A DNA stretch of 37,710 nucleotides from positions 1 through 37,710 of IMG/VR virus record IMGVR_UViG_3300020045_006323. One strand, given 5' to 3'. This stretch comes from a virus. Its lineage: Duplodnaviria > Caudoviricetes. Below the pieces are notes generated by a model. It worked only from the letters and a program-made list of their open reading frames with translations. It searched no databases and was not told the DNA's origin. A program made the translations under genes and the position numbers. Of the stretch, positions 18,094 to 26,919 are shown in pieces (the stretch's first letter is position 1; each line of letters begins with the position of its first letter).

Positions 18094-18443
18094 TTGACCA
18101 CCTTCAAGGTTATCTCTGGGTAGCAGGTGCGGAACAGCGCAGCCCGCAATGGGAAGTCGCGCTCCATCAGGCCACCGGACGGCTTCACGTCCTCTGCAAT
18201 CAGCTTGCCAGCTTCGCGGTAAACGAAGTCAGGCCGATACCTGGCGTTCTGCCCGTTACCCATTTTGACGGCCAAGCCAGCAGGCCGGAGGTCATAGGTT
18301 GGTTCAAATACCAGCGCATCGATGACACCGGCGCGGAACAGCAAGTGCAGTTCGTTGCACCGCTTGGCCTCTGCACCGCTGGCATGGGTGTGTCCGTGGT
18401 TGCAGGCGGTCTTGCGCGCTACGTGGAAGTTCCGGCGTGTCAT
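18090..18443 (-). CDS. DUF1064-family PD-(D/E)xK endonuclease (resolvase-like)
   Basis: HASGAEAKRCNEL..YRPDFVY..IAEDVK. Confidence 0.8.
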   Translation of the reverse strand: MTRRNFHVARKTACNHGHTHASGAEAKRCNELHLLFRAGVIDALVFEPTYDLRPAGLAVKMGNGQNARYRPDFVYREAGKLIAEDVKPSGGLMERDFPLRAALFRTCYPEITLKVVK

Positions 18444-18901
18444 GCCGCACCAAGCTTCCGGCGAAATTCCGCCATGTTCTTTTCGTGTTGGGCAAGGATC
18501 ATCTGGCGGGCTTCATCAGCGCTGCACCGCATGTTGTTGACGAGGTGCCGATATTCGCCGCGCAACTCTTTCGGAATATGACCAAGGCGCTTTTCTTCGA
18601 GTGTTCGAGCGGCCCTTTCACGCGATTGCGGAGTTTGGCTGGCCTGACCTATTTCCCAAAGCCGCAAGGTTTGCATCCGGTGGCTTGCACGTTGCCGGGC
18701 TTCTGGCGTCTTGTTGATCGCTGTGATCTTTGCGCGATTACTTTCGCTAAGTTCTGGACGGGCAGCAAATGCCGCTTTCACCTTGGCGATGCGGAGCGCT
18801 TGAAATTCAGGATCATGGTTGCGCAGGTGTAAAGCACATGGCTTGCACATGCCTGTTTTTGATTGGCGAGTTATCGGCGCTTGGCATTGCTTGCAGTTCA
18901 T
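18440..18901 (-). CDS. Hypothetical protein with N-terminal CxxC..CxxC
   Basis: MNCKQC..GMCKPC; ATGA overlaps on both sides. Confidence 0.65.
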   Translation of the reverse strand: MNCKQCQAPITRQSKTGMCKPCALHLRNHDPEFQALRIAKVKAAFAARPELSESNRAKITAINKTPEARQRASHRMQTLRLWEIGQASQTPQSRERAARTLEEKRLGHIPKELRGEYRHLVNNMRCSADEARQMILAQHEKNMAEFRRKLGAA

Positions 18902-19095
18902 GCCGCCAACTCCACCAGTGAAGCCTTGACCTCTGCCCAATAGGCAAGAGCAGTGCTTTCACCGATGCCCATATCCTTGGCAGCGGCGCGGATCGTTTGA
19001 CCATCTGCTACACGGTCTGCCAGTTCATCGCGGCGCGCGATGCGCAGGGCGGTTTGCTTGGCGCGGGCGATGGCAGCGGCTTCTGTGCGCGTCAT
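18898..19095 (-). CDS. Small HTH protein
   Basis: GQTIRAAAKDMGIGESTA HTH. Confidence 0.7.
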   Translation of the reverse strand: MTRTEAAAIARAKQTALRIARRDELADRVADGQTIRAAAKDMGIGESTALAYWAEVKASLVELAA

Positions 19096-19376
19096 GCTGC
19101 CCGCCTTGCTGAATACAGCGCATAGAGGAACCGGCGGTTAGCTTCGGCCATGTTCTTTTCGTAGCGTTCGTCCATCCATACCACTGTGCGGTCGTAATCG
19201 CGCTGCGCACGACGCATCTTGGTTTTGTATGCATGGCGGTAACTGGCGACAGTCTGGACGCATGGCGTGTTGTCGTAATGCGACGCTATCTCGCGGCAGA
19301 TTTGTTCGTTGCTATCGATGTACTGGACAAGGACGCGCGCCATATCGTTGGGGCTGTTGTGGAACTCGCGCATCAC
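19092..19376 (-). CDS. Hypothetical protein
   Basis: Coupled ORF in early operon. Confidence 0.6.
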   Translation of the reverse strand: MMREFHNSPNDMARVLVQYIDSNEQICREIASHYDNTPCVQTVASYRHAYKTKMRRAQRDYDRTVVWMDERYEKNMAEANRRFLYALYSARRAA

Positions 19377-19552
19377 TTCCGCCCCTGCGCGAGAGAATAG
19401 CCGGCGCGAATGGCCTTGCGCTTGGCAAGGTTCGCGTTCAGTTCGGCCTCAAGTTCTGCCAGTGGTGATGCGGTGTATTCGCTTACCCGCATCGTTGGGG
19501 AATTGCGGATTGCGTCGGCCCAAGCACCGGCATGGCTGGTTGTGTCGATCAT
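19373..19552 (-). CDS. Hypothetical 59-aa protein
   Basis: Not in track; [19 protein letters not shown]..., overlaps both neighbours. Confidence 0.5.
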   Translation of the reverse strand: MIDTTSHAGAWADAIRNSPTMRVSEYTASPLAELEAELNANLAKRKAIRAGYSLAQGRK

Positions 19553-19884
19553 GCTGCAATTCCCATCGCTTCACGGCGGGACAATTCGGCCTGCAACTGG
19601 TTGACGGTGAACCCTGCCAATGGATTGATTGGAGCTGCGCTCAATATCTTGCGGCCAGCAGCTTCATCACGGCGACCAGCGACCACTTCCAATGCGCGGG
19701 CATGATTAGGCAGGCGACGGATAAAACCGCGTTCTTCAAGTGCAGAGATCAAACGATGGACGCCAGACTTTGACTTGAGGTTCATCGCAAACTTCATTTC
19801 TTCAAACGAAGGCGAAACACCATCAGACGCAATTACGGTTTCAATGTAATTGAGCAGGTCGTTTTGTTTGCGAGTAAGCATCAC
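19549..19884 (-). CDS. LexA DNA-binding-domain-only protein
   Basis: [52 protein letters not shown] closely follows alphaproteobacterial LexA N-domain; no peptidase domain (111 aa). Confidence 0.88.
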   Translation of the reverse strand: MMLTRKQNDLLNYIETVIASDGVSPSFEEMKFAMNLKSKSGVHRLISALEERGFIRRLPNHARALEVVAGRRDEAAGRKILSAAPINPLAGFTVNQLQAELSRREAMGIAA

Positions 19885-20303
19885 GCCGAGACTCCCGCGA
19901 TACGGCGGCGAATGTCATGCAGCGCAGCCGCTTCCTGCGGCACAATCGCTACACCTCCGGGCGAGGCAGGATGACGCGCCTTCTGGTACTCATGGCTGTA
20001 ATCACCGGCATGGGTAGCCAGTTCATCGAGATCAGCCGTCGAAGCGTCCACAAGGCCCTTGCCAGCGCTTTCAAGGCACAACGAGGTCAAGTCGTTCGGG
20101 ATGACTTGGCACACCATCACGAAGTCAGAGAGCGACATGCAGGCAGGAGCCGTTGCGCGCTTCCATGACAGGATGGTTGGCAATGGGATTTTCGTCTCGG
20201 CATGGAGACGCTTGGCTGTCAGGCCATAGTCGCGTTCAGCAAGGCGAAGCATCGCCTCTTGAGCCGAAAGCACGTCATGTTTTGTTCCATCACGATCAGA
20301 CAT
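19881..20303 (-). CDS. Putative CII-like regulator
   Basis: HTH-like [18 protein letters not shown]; ARHPASPGG motif; downstream of cro. Confidence 0.55.
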   Translation of the reverse strand: MSDRDGTKHDVLSAQEAMLRLAERDYGLTAKRLHAETKIPLPTILSWKRATAPACMSLSDFVMVCQVIPNDLTSLCLESAGKGLVDASTADLDELATHAGDYSHEYQKARHPASPGGVAIVPQEAAALHDIRRRIAGVSA

Positions 20304-20519
20304 GATTATATTGAGCCTTATCGGTAGTGTTGAGAGCATGGAAAACCGGACCGATCACCACGACGCCACCCAGCCAGCGACAGCCATCCAAGCGCATGTG
20401 CAAAAGGCAATTGCGAAGATTGCGGCGAGGTCGCGGGCTTTGTCGTCGTCCATCGGTCAGTGCCCGCCTTGTTGGGCTTGCAGCCAGTATGTGCGGAGTG
20501 CGAGGAGCCAGCGCATGGG

Positions 20520-20909
20520 TCAGGCTGCTTGCTTTTTGCGAGCGATTGCAGCGCGGGTGCGTTCACCAATTGCAGCGCGACGTTCGGCAGAATATTCACC
20601 ACGTTTGCGCGTCAATAACACTGGGTTTGCTGGCAAAACTGACGGATCAAATTTCCCAACCTTGATTGCAGCAATCACCGCAAGAAGATCATCCGTAGCG
20701 GTAAACCACTCATGACCTTCATGCTGGTCACGAAACAGGTTGTGGAATTGGCGCTCAACAAAATCGAGGCCGGGATATTCCACCAAAACCTCAAGATCGC
20801 GCGACATGCGATGAATCCGGTATTCCGGAATGCGGCTTATGCCGATCTTGATAGGGCCAGTGCCATCACGCCTACGCGCAAAATACACGAATTTATTTGT
20901 GTGCATCAT
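20520..20909 (-). CDS. GIY-YIG-superfamily nuclease (T5orf172/MUG113-like)
   Basis: VYF..GPIKIGIS..P..R, ERQFHNLF, HEWF motifs. Confidence 0.8.
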   Translation of the reverse strand: MMHTNKFVYFARRRDGTGPIKIGISRIPEYRIHRMSRDLEVLVEYPGLDFVERQFHNLFRDQHEGHEWFTATDDLLAVIAAIKVGKFDPSVLPANPVLLTRKRGEYSAERRAAIGERTRAAIARKKQAA

Positions 20910-21124
20910 GCCGCCACCTTTCGTGCTTGCGCGATGACCGGACACAGCTTGGATGCGGACAACTGCCCACCCGTCGCCTTCTCGACTTCAAGCGCCAGTT
21001 GCGGCGGCCATTCACGCGAGTTGCGCAATTGAGAGAGGCGGGCCTTGGAAATGCCAACTTGCTTGGCAATTTCGGTCAAGGACTTGGCATCCTTACGGGC
21101 CAAATATGCGTCGAGGGTGGTCAT
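20906..21124 (-). CDS. cro: Cro-like repressor
   Basis: 72-aa HTH (LTEIAKQVGISKARLSQL; LALEVEKATGGQLSA), divergent from cI. Confidence 0.85.
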   Translation of the reverse strand: MTTLDAYLARKDAKSLTEIAKQVGISKARLSQLRNSREWPPQLALEVEKATGGQLSASKLCPVIAQARKVAA

Positions 21125-21130
21125 GCATTT

Positions 21131-21185
21131 CGTTTAGCCTATCTAAACGAACCAGCGCAAGCAAAATGTTTAGCCAAACGAAACG
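21131..21185. promoter_or_regulatory. Operator pair and cro promoter (OR-like)
   Basis: 19-bp palindromes CGTTTAG-N5-CTAAACG (21131-21149) and TGTTTAG-N5-CGAAACG (21167-21185). Confidence 0.85.
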
Positions 21186-21217
21186 ACAGGAAAAACCACT
21201 TAGGTTATCCTCGACGT

Positions 21218-21541
21218 ATGAGGCCAAGGCACGACATCTATCTAGCAGCGTGGCTTAAGACGCTGAAAAAGAAGCAGGCGGACCTATGCCGCGACCTCGG
21301 ATGGAACAAAGCCAAGCCGAGTTTAATCGCGTCCGGCAAACAGCAGTATCAACGCGACGACATAAACGAACTTGCGATCTACCTGCACCTGGAGCCCTTT
21401 GAGCTGCTAATTCATCCCGACGATGCAATGGCACTTAGACGACTTCGGCAAGATGCAATCAAGATTGCGGCTGTCAGCACTTTGGGTGAAGCAAGAGCCA
21501 TCGATCCCCCGGAGGAACTTAGGGAGGGCACACACGGATGA
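21218..21541 (+). CDS. cI: CI-like XRE repressor without S24 peptidase domain
   Basis: YLAAWLKTLKKKQADLCRDLGWNKAKPSLIASGKQQY HTH; TATCCT 6 nt before ATG suggests a leaderless transcript. Confidence 0.8.
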   Translation: MRPRHDIYLAAWLKTLKKKQADLCRDLGWNKAKPSLIASGKQQYQRDDINELAIYLHLEPFELLIHPDDAMALRRLRQDAIKIAAVSTLGEARAIDPPEELREGTHG

Positions 21542-21702
21542 GTGAAGTACCAGCTTGGGCAATTTATGGTTTTGGCGGGATGGTCGTTTTTGCGCTTTGC
21601 ATATGCGCCGATGCGTTGGAAAAAATCGCAAAGAGGATCGAACGCCAGAACAAAATGATCGATGAAATGAGTTACCGGCTTCGCAAACGCTTCCCAGACT
21701 AA
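21538..21702 (+). CDS. Small membrane protein coupled to cI
   Basis: Not in track; MSEVPAWAIYGFGGMVVFALCICADALEKIAKRIERQ.. (54 aa). Confidence 0.55.
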   Translation: MSEVPAWAIYGFGGMVVFALCICADALEKIAKRIERQNKMIDEMSYRLRKRFPD

Positions 21703-21733
21703 CCCACCCTGTTTGTGATGTGAGGAAAAATTG

Positions 21734-21919
21734 ATGACTGATGCTGAATTGTTGAGCCACTTCCAAAAACAACCCAATGGCATGTGGGCCTGTATCAAGC
21801 CTATCCAAATTGGTCCTGTGACAATGGGGCCGGGCGTCTCGGTTTCGCCCGGCGTATCCATCGGCGGGCTAGACTTGGCCAGCCAGCTTGAAGCGGCTGC
21901 TAATCGGCAGGGTAAATAA
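21734..21919 (+). CDS. Small hypothetical protein in immunity region
   Basis: GAGG RBS; FQKQPNGMWACIKP..GGLDLASQLE. Confidence 0.65.
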   Translation: MTDAELLSHFQKQPNGMWACIKPIQIGPVTMGPGVSVSPGVSIGGLDLASQLEAAANRQGK

Positions 21920-22085
21920 CGACCGCAGCCATTGCACCGGGATATTCGCCAGCGGGGGCTTCAACGCGCAATCCCTTTGGTGAGTAGAACGACAACTGCT
22001 CTTTGCCACGCAGCACGCGCCAAGCTGAAGCGAGCCGCCCCGCAAGGGTGAACGACACAACACTAACTTCCAGATCATTTTTCAT

Positions 22086-22117
22086 AAAAGCCTCGCTCGA
22101 TTGAGTGGGGCTTTTTT
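22086..22117 (+). terminator. Rho-independent terminator ending the cI transcript
   Basis: AAAAGCCTCGCTC-GATT-GAGTGGGGC-TTTTTT. Confidence 0.75.
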
Positions 22118-22167
22118 GTGCCCCGTGTGAGGGTGATAGCAGGCGAGTCGTGACGGTGCGATAAAAT

Positions 22168-22221
22168 TGTTTCGTTAAACTAAACATTTTGCTTGCACCT
22201 TCTGTTTAGCCTGTCTAAACA
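22168..22221. promoter_or_regulatory. Operator pair and early promoter (OL-like)
   Basis: TGTTTCG-N5-CTAAACA (22168-22186) and TGTTTAG-N5-CTAAACA (22203-22221); inverted counterpart of 21131-21185 including TTTTGCTTGC. Confidence 0.85.
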
Positions 22222-22255
22222 TACGTCATCAACACAGCAACCAACCGCTGAACGG

Positions 22256-22537
22256 ATGACCGCCATGAACACACCATCATTCACCACCACGACATACCTC
22301 TCACGCGGCCGCATGGAACGCGAGATTGAGGTTGAAGTCGATTACACCTTCGACGGCGTTGAACTGGTCGTCACCAATGCGCGTGACCTGACCGAAGGCC
22401 GCGAACTTTCCGACCGCGAATGGGAACACTGCGACGACGCGGCGAACGCTGCTTGCGAGGAAGCTTATGCCGAATGGCTGGCGGATCGCGGCGAGTATCT
22501 GCGTGACCAGCGCGAAGACGCACGGTGGGCGGCATGA
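22256..22537 (+). CDS. Acidic hypothetical protein, first gene of early operon
   Basis: EIEVEVDY..; very D/E-rich. Confidence 0.65.
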   Translation: MTAMNTPSFTTTTYLSRGRMEREIEVEVDYTFDGVELVVTNARDLTEGRELSDREWEHCDDAANAACEEAYAEWLADRGEYLRDQREDARWAA

Positions 22538-23007
22538 GCGCCACAGGCTGGGCAATACGCCACGACGCAACCGCGCTGTCTGATCCTTGGGTCGCCAGCA
22601 ACCTTGACCACTCCGTCACTGTGTTTGGCCGTGACCGTGCAGAGGTCCGCAGCGAGATCGCAGCTTATGAAGGCAGGCGCTGGAACAACGCCCGCCGCAA
22701 CGCAAACGGGAGCCGGTGAGATGCAGCAAGCACCAACCTACGCCGACTTTGACCGCCTGTTTGCAGCCACAATGGAAAGCGTTGAGCGCTGGTCAAAAGC
22801 CGAAGCTGAACTTGCCAAGGCACGTCAGGATATGGCCCGCGATGTTCGGGCACAGATTGCCGCGATTGGGGGTGAAGTGTGACCCGCACCCTATCCCTGA
22901 TCGCCCGCACTTACCGCCAAGACCCGCGCGACTTCTGGACATGCCTAGCGGTTGTCCCTGCCGCCGTCGTCTTTTGGACCGCTCTTTTTTGGATTGTAGC
23001 AGGATGA
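22534..23007 (+). CDS. Three small hypothetical genes (22534-22719, 22721-22882, 22879-23007)
   Basis: Chained ATGA/GTGA overlaps; last is hydrophobic. Confidence 0.5.
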
Positions 23008-23219
23008 ACGAGACACCGAACCCGCCCGCTTTTCCGGCCTGTAATGAGGCGAACGTCAACGGCACGATGGGCATGTCCTTGCGCGATTGGTTCGCCGGTC
23101 AAGCTCTGATTGGCTTCATCACGGCATGTGCCAGTTTTAGCGAAATCCGCGATGACGAGACTTGCGCAATTCGTGCCTACGCAATGGCAGATGCCATGCT
23201 TGAGGAGCGCACCGCATGA
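23004..23219 (+). CDS. Conserved phage hypothetical protein
   Basis: PAFP..GMSLRDWFAGQAL..AYAMADAML motif. Confidence 0.8.
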   Translation: MNETPNPPAFPACNEANVNGTMGMSLRDWFAGQALIGFITACASFSEIRDDETCAIRAYAMADAMLEERTA

Positions 23220-23419
23220 AAACCATCCTCAACCTTATCACCCAATGCGGCAAAACAATCCGCGCACCTGAACAAACACTCCTGCCCATGACTAAGGAGC
23301 AGGACGCCGATTGGAAGCTGTACCACTCCCGCCGCGCTGCCTCGCAACCCCCGATTGAAAGCGCTTCTCCCACCTCCCGACCGTTCGAGGCGCGGTCTAA
23401 TGGGGAGCAATCGAAATGA
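23216..23419 (+). CDS. Hypothetical protein
   Basis: Coupled to both neighbours. Confidence 0.5.
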   Translation: MKTILNLITQCGKTIRAPEQTLLPMTKEQDADWKLYHSRRAASQPPIESASPTSRPFEARSNGEQSK

Positions 23420-24045
23420 ATGCTGTAACAGCTATTGAGCCGTCGCTTATCACGGCACTGGTCAAAGCCCTTCCAGAACTGGAAAGCGCCAAGAAGAACA
23501 AGGCCAATCCCGCGTTCAAGTCGAAGTACGCCGATCTTGCCGCCGTGATCGAAGCTATTGAGCCGATCACAAAGCACGGACTTTGGTATCGCCAGCATCA
23601 GCACGAAAACGAAAACGGCGTGATGATCGAAACGTTTTACATCCATGAGAGCGGGCAGGAAATGAGCGCCGGTTGCGTGTTCATGCCAGCGACCAAGAAG
23701 GACGCGCAAGGGTTCGGCTCCGCGCTCTCATATGCCCGCCGCTATGGCCTGCAAACGGCCTTTGGTTTGGCGACAGAGGACGACGACGGAAACGCCGCTG
23801 TAAAGTCCACACAGGCTAAATCCGCACCTACGCCAGCCCAACGCGCCGATGTGCCCGAAGGCCCCCTCACAGACGCACAGTGGGCAGTCATCACCGATCT
23901 AATCACGCAGACGCATTCGGACAGCAAGGCATTCTGCACCGCGTTCAAAGTGCCAAGCGTGAAGGACTTGCCCGCCGCCCAATTCGACCGCGCCCGCGCC
24001 ATGCTCAACAAGAAGCTGGCAGCGATGGTGGAGGAACCAGCATGA
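23416..24045 (+). CDS. erf: ERF-family single-strand annealing recombinase
   Basis: NPAFKSKYADL; QGFGSALSYARRYGL..EDDDGN signature. Confidence 0.92.
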   Translation: MNAVTAIEPSLITALVKALPELESAKKNKANPAFKSKYADLAAVIEAIEPITKHGLWYRQHQHENENGVMIETFYIHESGQEMSAGCVFMPATKKDAQGFGSALSYARRYGLQTAFGLATEDDDGNAAVKSTQAKSAPTPAQRADVPEGPLTDAQWAVITDLITQTHSDSKAFCTAFKVPSVKDLPAAQFDRARAMLNKKLAAMVEEPA

Positions 24046-24698
24046 AGAATATTTACTTGGATTTGGAAACAATACCCAACCAGACGCCTGAATATCGCGC
24101 CAAGGTTCGGGAAACCATCAAGCCTCCGGCAACCATCAAGAAGCCGGAAAGCATCATGCAATGGCTGGAGGAAAACGCCGAAACCGCCACAGACGAGGCA
24201 GTCGCCAAGACCAGCTTTGATCCTGCCTATGGGCACATTTGCTGCATTGGTTACGCAATCGAGGACGGCCCGACCGTTTCGCTATCGGCAGAGACGACAG
24301 ACCGCGAACCGATCATCTTGCAGCAGTTTTTCGACGCGCTGCCAAAGATGGGCATGGCCTGCTTCATTGGTCACAATGTCGCCGCGTTCGATATGCGGTT
24401 CATTCTCTGCCGATCGATTGTTCTTGGCGTCCGCATTCCGACCATCATCCCGCGCGACATCAAGCCGTGGTCACAAGACATATTCGACACGATGACCGCA
24501 TGGGCAGGCGTCCGCAACACAATCAGCCAGGATCGTCTTGCTGATGCTCTTGGCCTTGCTGGCAAGGGTGACTTCGATGGCTCGATGGTCGCCGCCGCAT
24601 GGGCCAACGGAGAACACGCCAAGATCGCAGACTACTGCAAGCGAGACGTTGAAACCGTCCGTGCAATTCATAGCCGCTTTGTCGCGGTTGGTTTCTGA
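24042..24698 (+). CDS. DnaQ/PolB-like 3'-5' exonuclease
   Basis: YLDLET (ExoI), GHNVAAFD (ExoII), YCKRDV (ExoIII). Confidence 0.88.
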   Translation: MKNIYLDLETIPNQTPEYRAKVRETIKPPATIKKPESIMQWLEENAETATDEAVAKTSFDPAYGHICCIGYAIEDGPTVSLSAETTDREPIILQQFFDALPKMGMACFIGHNVAAFDMRFILCRSIVLGVRIPTIIPRDIKPWSQDIFDTMTAWAGVRNTISQDRLADALGLAGKGDFDGSMVAAAWANGEHAKIADYCKRDVETVRAIHSRFVAVGF

Positions 24699-24709
24699 AA
24701 GGACTATCA

Positions 24710-25117
24710 GTGCTTATCCTCACACTCGCAGGCAATGTTGGCAAAGACGCCGTGCACAAGCAGACGCAATCAGGGCAGGACATTTGCTCTTTCTCGGTTG
24801 GCGTCTCCACAGGCTACGGCGAAAACAAAAGCACCACATGGGTAGATGTTACCAAGTGGGGTAAGGGTGCCGAAGGGCTGGCCCGCATTCTGCGCAAGGG
24901 CAGCAAGGTTGCCGTGTCGGGCGAAATGTCCACGCGGGAGCATAATGGAAAAACATACATCCAGTGCCGCGCCGATCATGTGAGCATTCAGGGCACACCG
25001 CAGGGCAGCGACCAGCGCCGCGAACCGGACGGAAGCCAAGGCCATGCAGGCGGGTTTGGTGGCGATGATCTCGATTCAGATTCTATCCCGTTCGCACGCA
25101 ACAACACGGTGTGGTGA
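24710..25117 (+). CDS. ssb: Single-stranded DNA-binding protein
   Basis: GNVGKD, LRKGSKVAVSG, acidic DDLDSDSIPF tail. Confidence 0.93.
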   Translation: MLILTLAGNVGKDAVHKQTQSGQDICSFSVGVSTGYGENKSTTWVDVTKWGKGAEGLARILRKGSKVAVSGEMSTREHNGKTYIQCRADHVSIQGTPQGSDQRREPDGSQGHAGGFGGDDLDSDSIPFARNNTVW

Positions 25118-25569
25118 TGGCAGAGATTTGGAAACCCGTTCCAAGTGAGCCCGGCGTGCTAGCATCAAGCGAGGGGCGCATTCTATTGCCCCCACGTTGC
25201 GCGCCCGTGCATCACGGCGGCTATCGGCACTACATCCCAGTGCCAAGGTTCGGACAAGTAAGCAAAGCCAATAAGGCAGCTACCCATGAGTTCCGTATCA
25301 TCATGGTTCGGGATGATACGAAGCGGGCAATGCAGCGCCCACGCAAGGTGCATCAACTCGTTTGCGAGGCATTCCATGGCGTGAAGCCATTCCCTGAAGC
25401 CGTAGTAATTCATCTTGACGAGAACGCGCTGAACAACCGGCCCGAAAATCTAAAATGGGGCACGCAAAAGGAAAACCTGAACATGCCGAAGTTTAAGGCG
25501 TGGCAAAGTTCGCCGGAGCGCAATGCACGGATTGCCGCTGGCAAAGCAGAAAAACGCCGCGCCGCATAA
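25117..25569 (+). CDS. NUMOD4/HNH homing endonuclease
   Basis: EIWKPVP..ASSEGRI; KVHQLVCEAFHG..HLDEN.LNNRPENLKWGTQKEN. Confidence 0.88.
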   Translation: MAEIWKPVPSEPGVLASSEGRILLPPRCAPVHHGGYRHYIPVPRFGQVSKANKAATHEFRIIMVRDDTKRAMQRPRKVHQLVCEAFHGVKPFPEAVVIHLDENALNNRPENLKWGTQKENLNMPKFKAWQSSPERNARIAAGKAEKRRAA

Positions 25570-25598
25570 TCACCACGCCCCCACAAAGGACAAGACCA

Positions 25599-25835
25599 AT
25601 GGCTGAAAGCACAGACGACAGACTCCGCCTTTTGATTGAAAGAGCGGAACGGCTTGAAGAGGAAAAAAAGGGCATCGCAGACGACATCAAGAGCGTTTTT
25701 GATGAAGCCAAGGCGGTAGGCTTTGATGCCAAGATCATGAAACAGATCATCCGCCTTCGCGCGATGAAGCCCGATGACCGGCGCGAAATGGAAGCCGTGC
25801 TGGACCTGTATAAGACCGCGTTGGGTATCGACTAA
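25599..25835 (+). CDS. gapR: GapR/DUF2312 nucleoid-associated protein homologue
   Basis: DRLRLLIERAERLEEEKKGIADDIKSVFDEAKAVGFDAKIMKQIIRLR..LYKTALG. Confidence 0.92.
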   Translation: MAESTDDRLRLLIERAERLEEEKKGIADDIKSVFDEAKAVGFDAKIMKQIIRLRAMKPDDRREMEAVLDLYKTALGID

Positions 25836-25837
25836 TC

Positions 25838-26167
25838 ATGGGCTGGTCACCAAACCATAAGCGCATCAAAGAGCGTTACAACCCGAACCCCAACACGGCG
25901 GAACGGGCCTTTGAAGAATGGTTGCGTGACCAGCCTTGCTACGGTTGCGGTGGACGCTGCGAGGAAGTCCACCACACCCGCCTAGAGTTTGAAGGCAAGC
26001 GTTGGCGCAGAGACCACCGATGGCAGTTGCCATTGTGCAGCCAGTGCCACCGCGCCGCCCATGCCGTCCGTGAAGCCGTATGGCTGGAAAGCATCGGCAA
26101 GCGCCCAGAGCAAGCCATCACCTACATGAACGTCCAGTGGGGACTAAGCCAAAGGATTGCAGCGTGA
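25838..26167 (+). CDS. Zn-binding HNH-like protein (DUF968/Ref-like)
   Basis: PCYGCG..VHH..LPLCSQCH. Confidence 0.7.
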   Translation: MGWSPNHKRIKERYNPNPNTAERAFEEWLRDQPCYGCGGRCEEVHHTRLEFEGKRWRRDHRWQLPLCSQCHRAAHAVREAVWLESIGKRPEQAITYMNVQWGLSQRIAA

Positions 26168-26330
26168 TCTTCAAGACTGATTTCACGGTCATCGAAAAGG
26201 CTAAGTCCTTTAGCGTGCATGGACGCCGCAGCTATCTTGAGGGCGGCCAATGGGTTTGGTCCTATGGCTGGTATGTGGGGACATACCGGACGCGGGAACG
26301 CGCCGAGGCAGAAGCGGAAAGGCTGAATAA

Positions 26331-26798
26331 ATGCCACACCGCATAATCGCCAACGAGGCCGACCTAATCGACCTTGGCCGGTTGCTTGGAAACCTTACCC
26401 TGCCGATCACCGTCGAATGGGTGCAAGGCCGCGACCGGACCAGCGAACAAAACAAACTGCAATGGCTTTGGGCAAACGAGGCAGCGATGCAGCTTGGCGA
26501 CCGTACCGGCGCTGAATTGCAACGTGATTGGAAACTGCGCTTTGGCGTTCCGATCCTACGCGAAGCCAGCCCCGAATTTCGCGCCACTTATGACAAGCAT
26601 ATCCGCCCCCTGCCATATCAGGAAAAGGTGGCGTTCATGGATATGATCGATGTGACCAGCGCCATGAAGGTCCGGCAGATGGTGGCATTCTTGGACGCCG
26701 TGCAGCGCGAATGCCTTGAGCAAGGTTTGCACCTGACCGACCCATCGCCCGACTTGGCAGCTTACCAGAAGCGCTACCGGCAGAAGGAGGCCGCATGA
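26331..26798 (+). CDS. ninB: NinB/Orf-like recombination protein
   Basis: RTSEQNKLQWLW motif; TSAMKVRQMVAFLD..GLHL. Confidence 0.7.
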   Translation: MPHRIIANEADLIDLGRLLGNLTLPITVEWVQGRDRTSEQNKLQWLWANEAAMQLGDRTGAELQRDWKLRFGVPILREASPEFRATYDKHIRPLPYQEKVAFMDMIDVTSAMKVRQMVAFLDAVQRECLEQGLHLTDPSPDLAAYQKRYRQKEAA

Positions 26799-26919
26799 CC
26801 TATCACCAATGGGCCAGAACCCGCAAACAGGCGGAGGAACTGGCCGAACTAGACCGCGACCCGAAAGCGTATTTTGAGGCCGTGGATTTTATGAACTTGC
26901 TTGCGGAGGTTTTGGGGAA

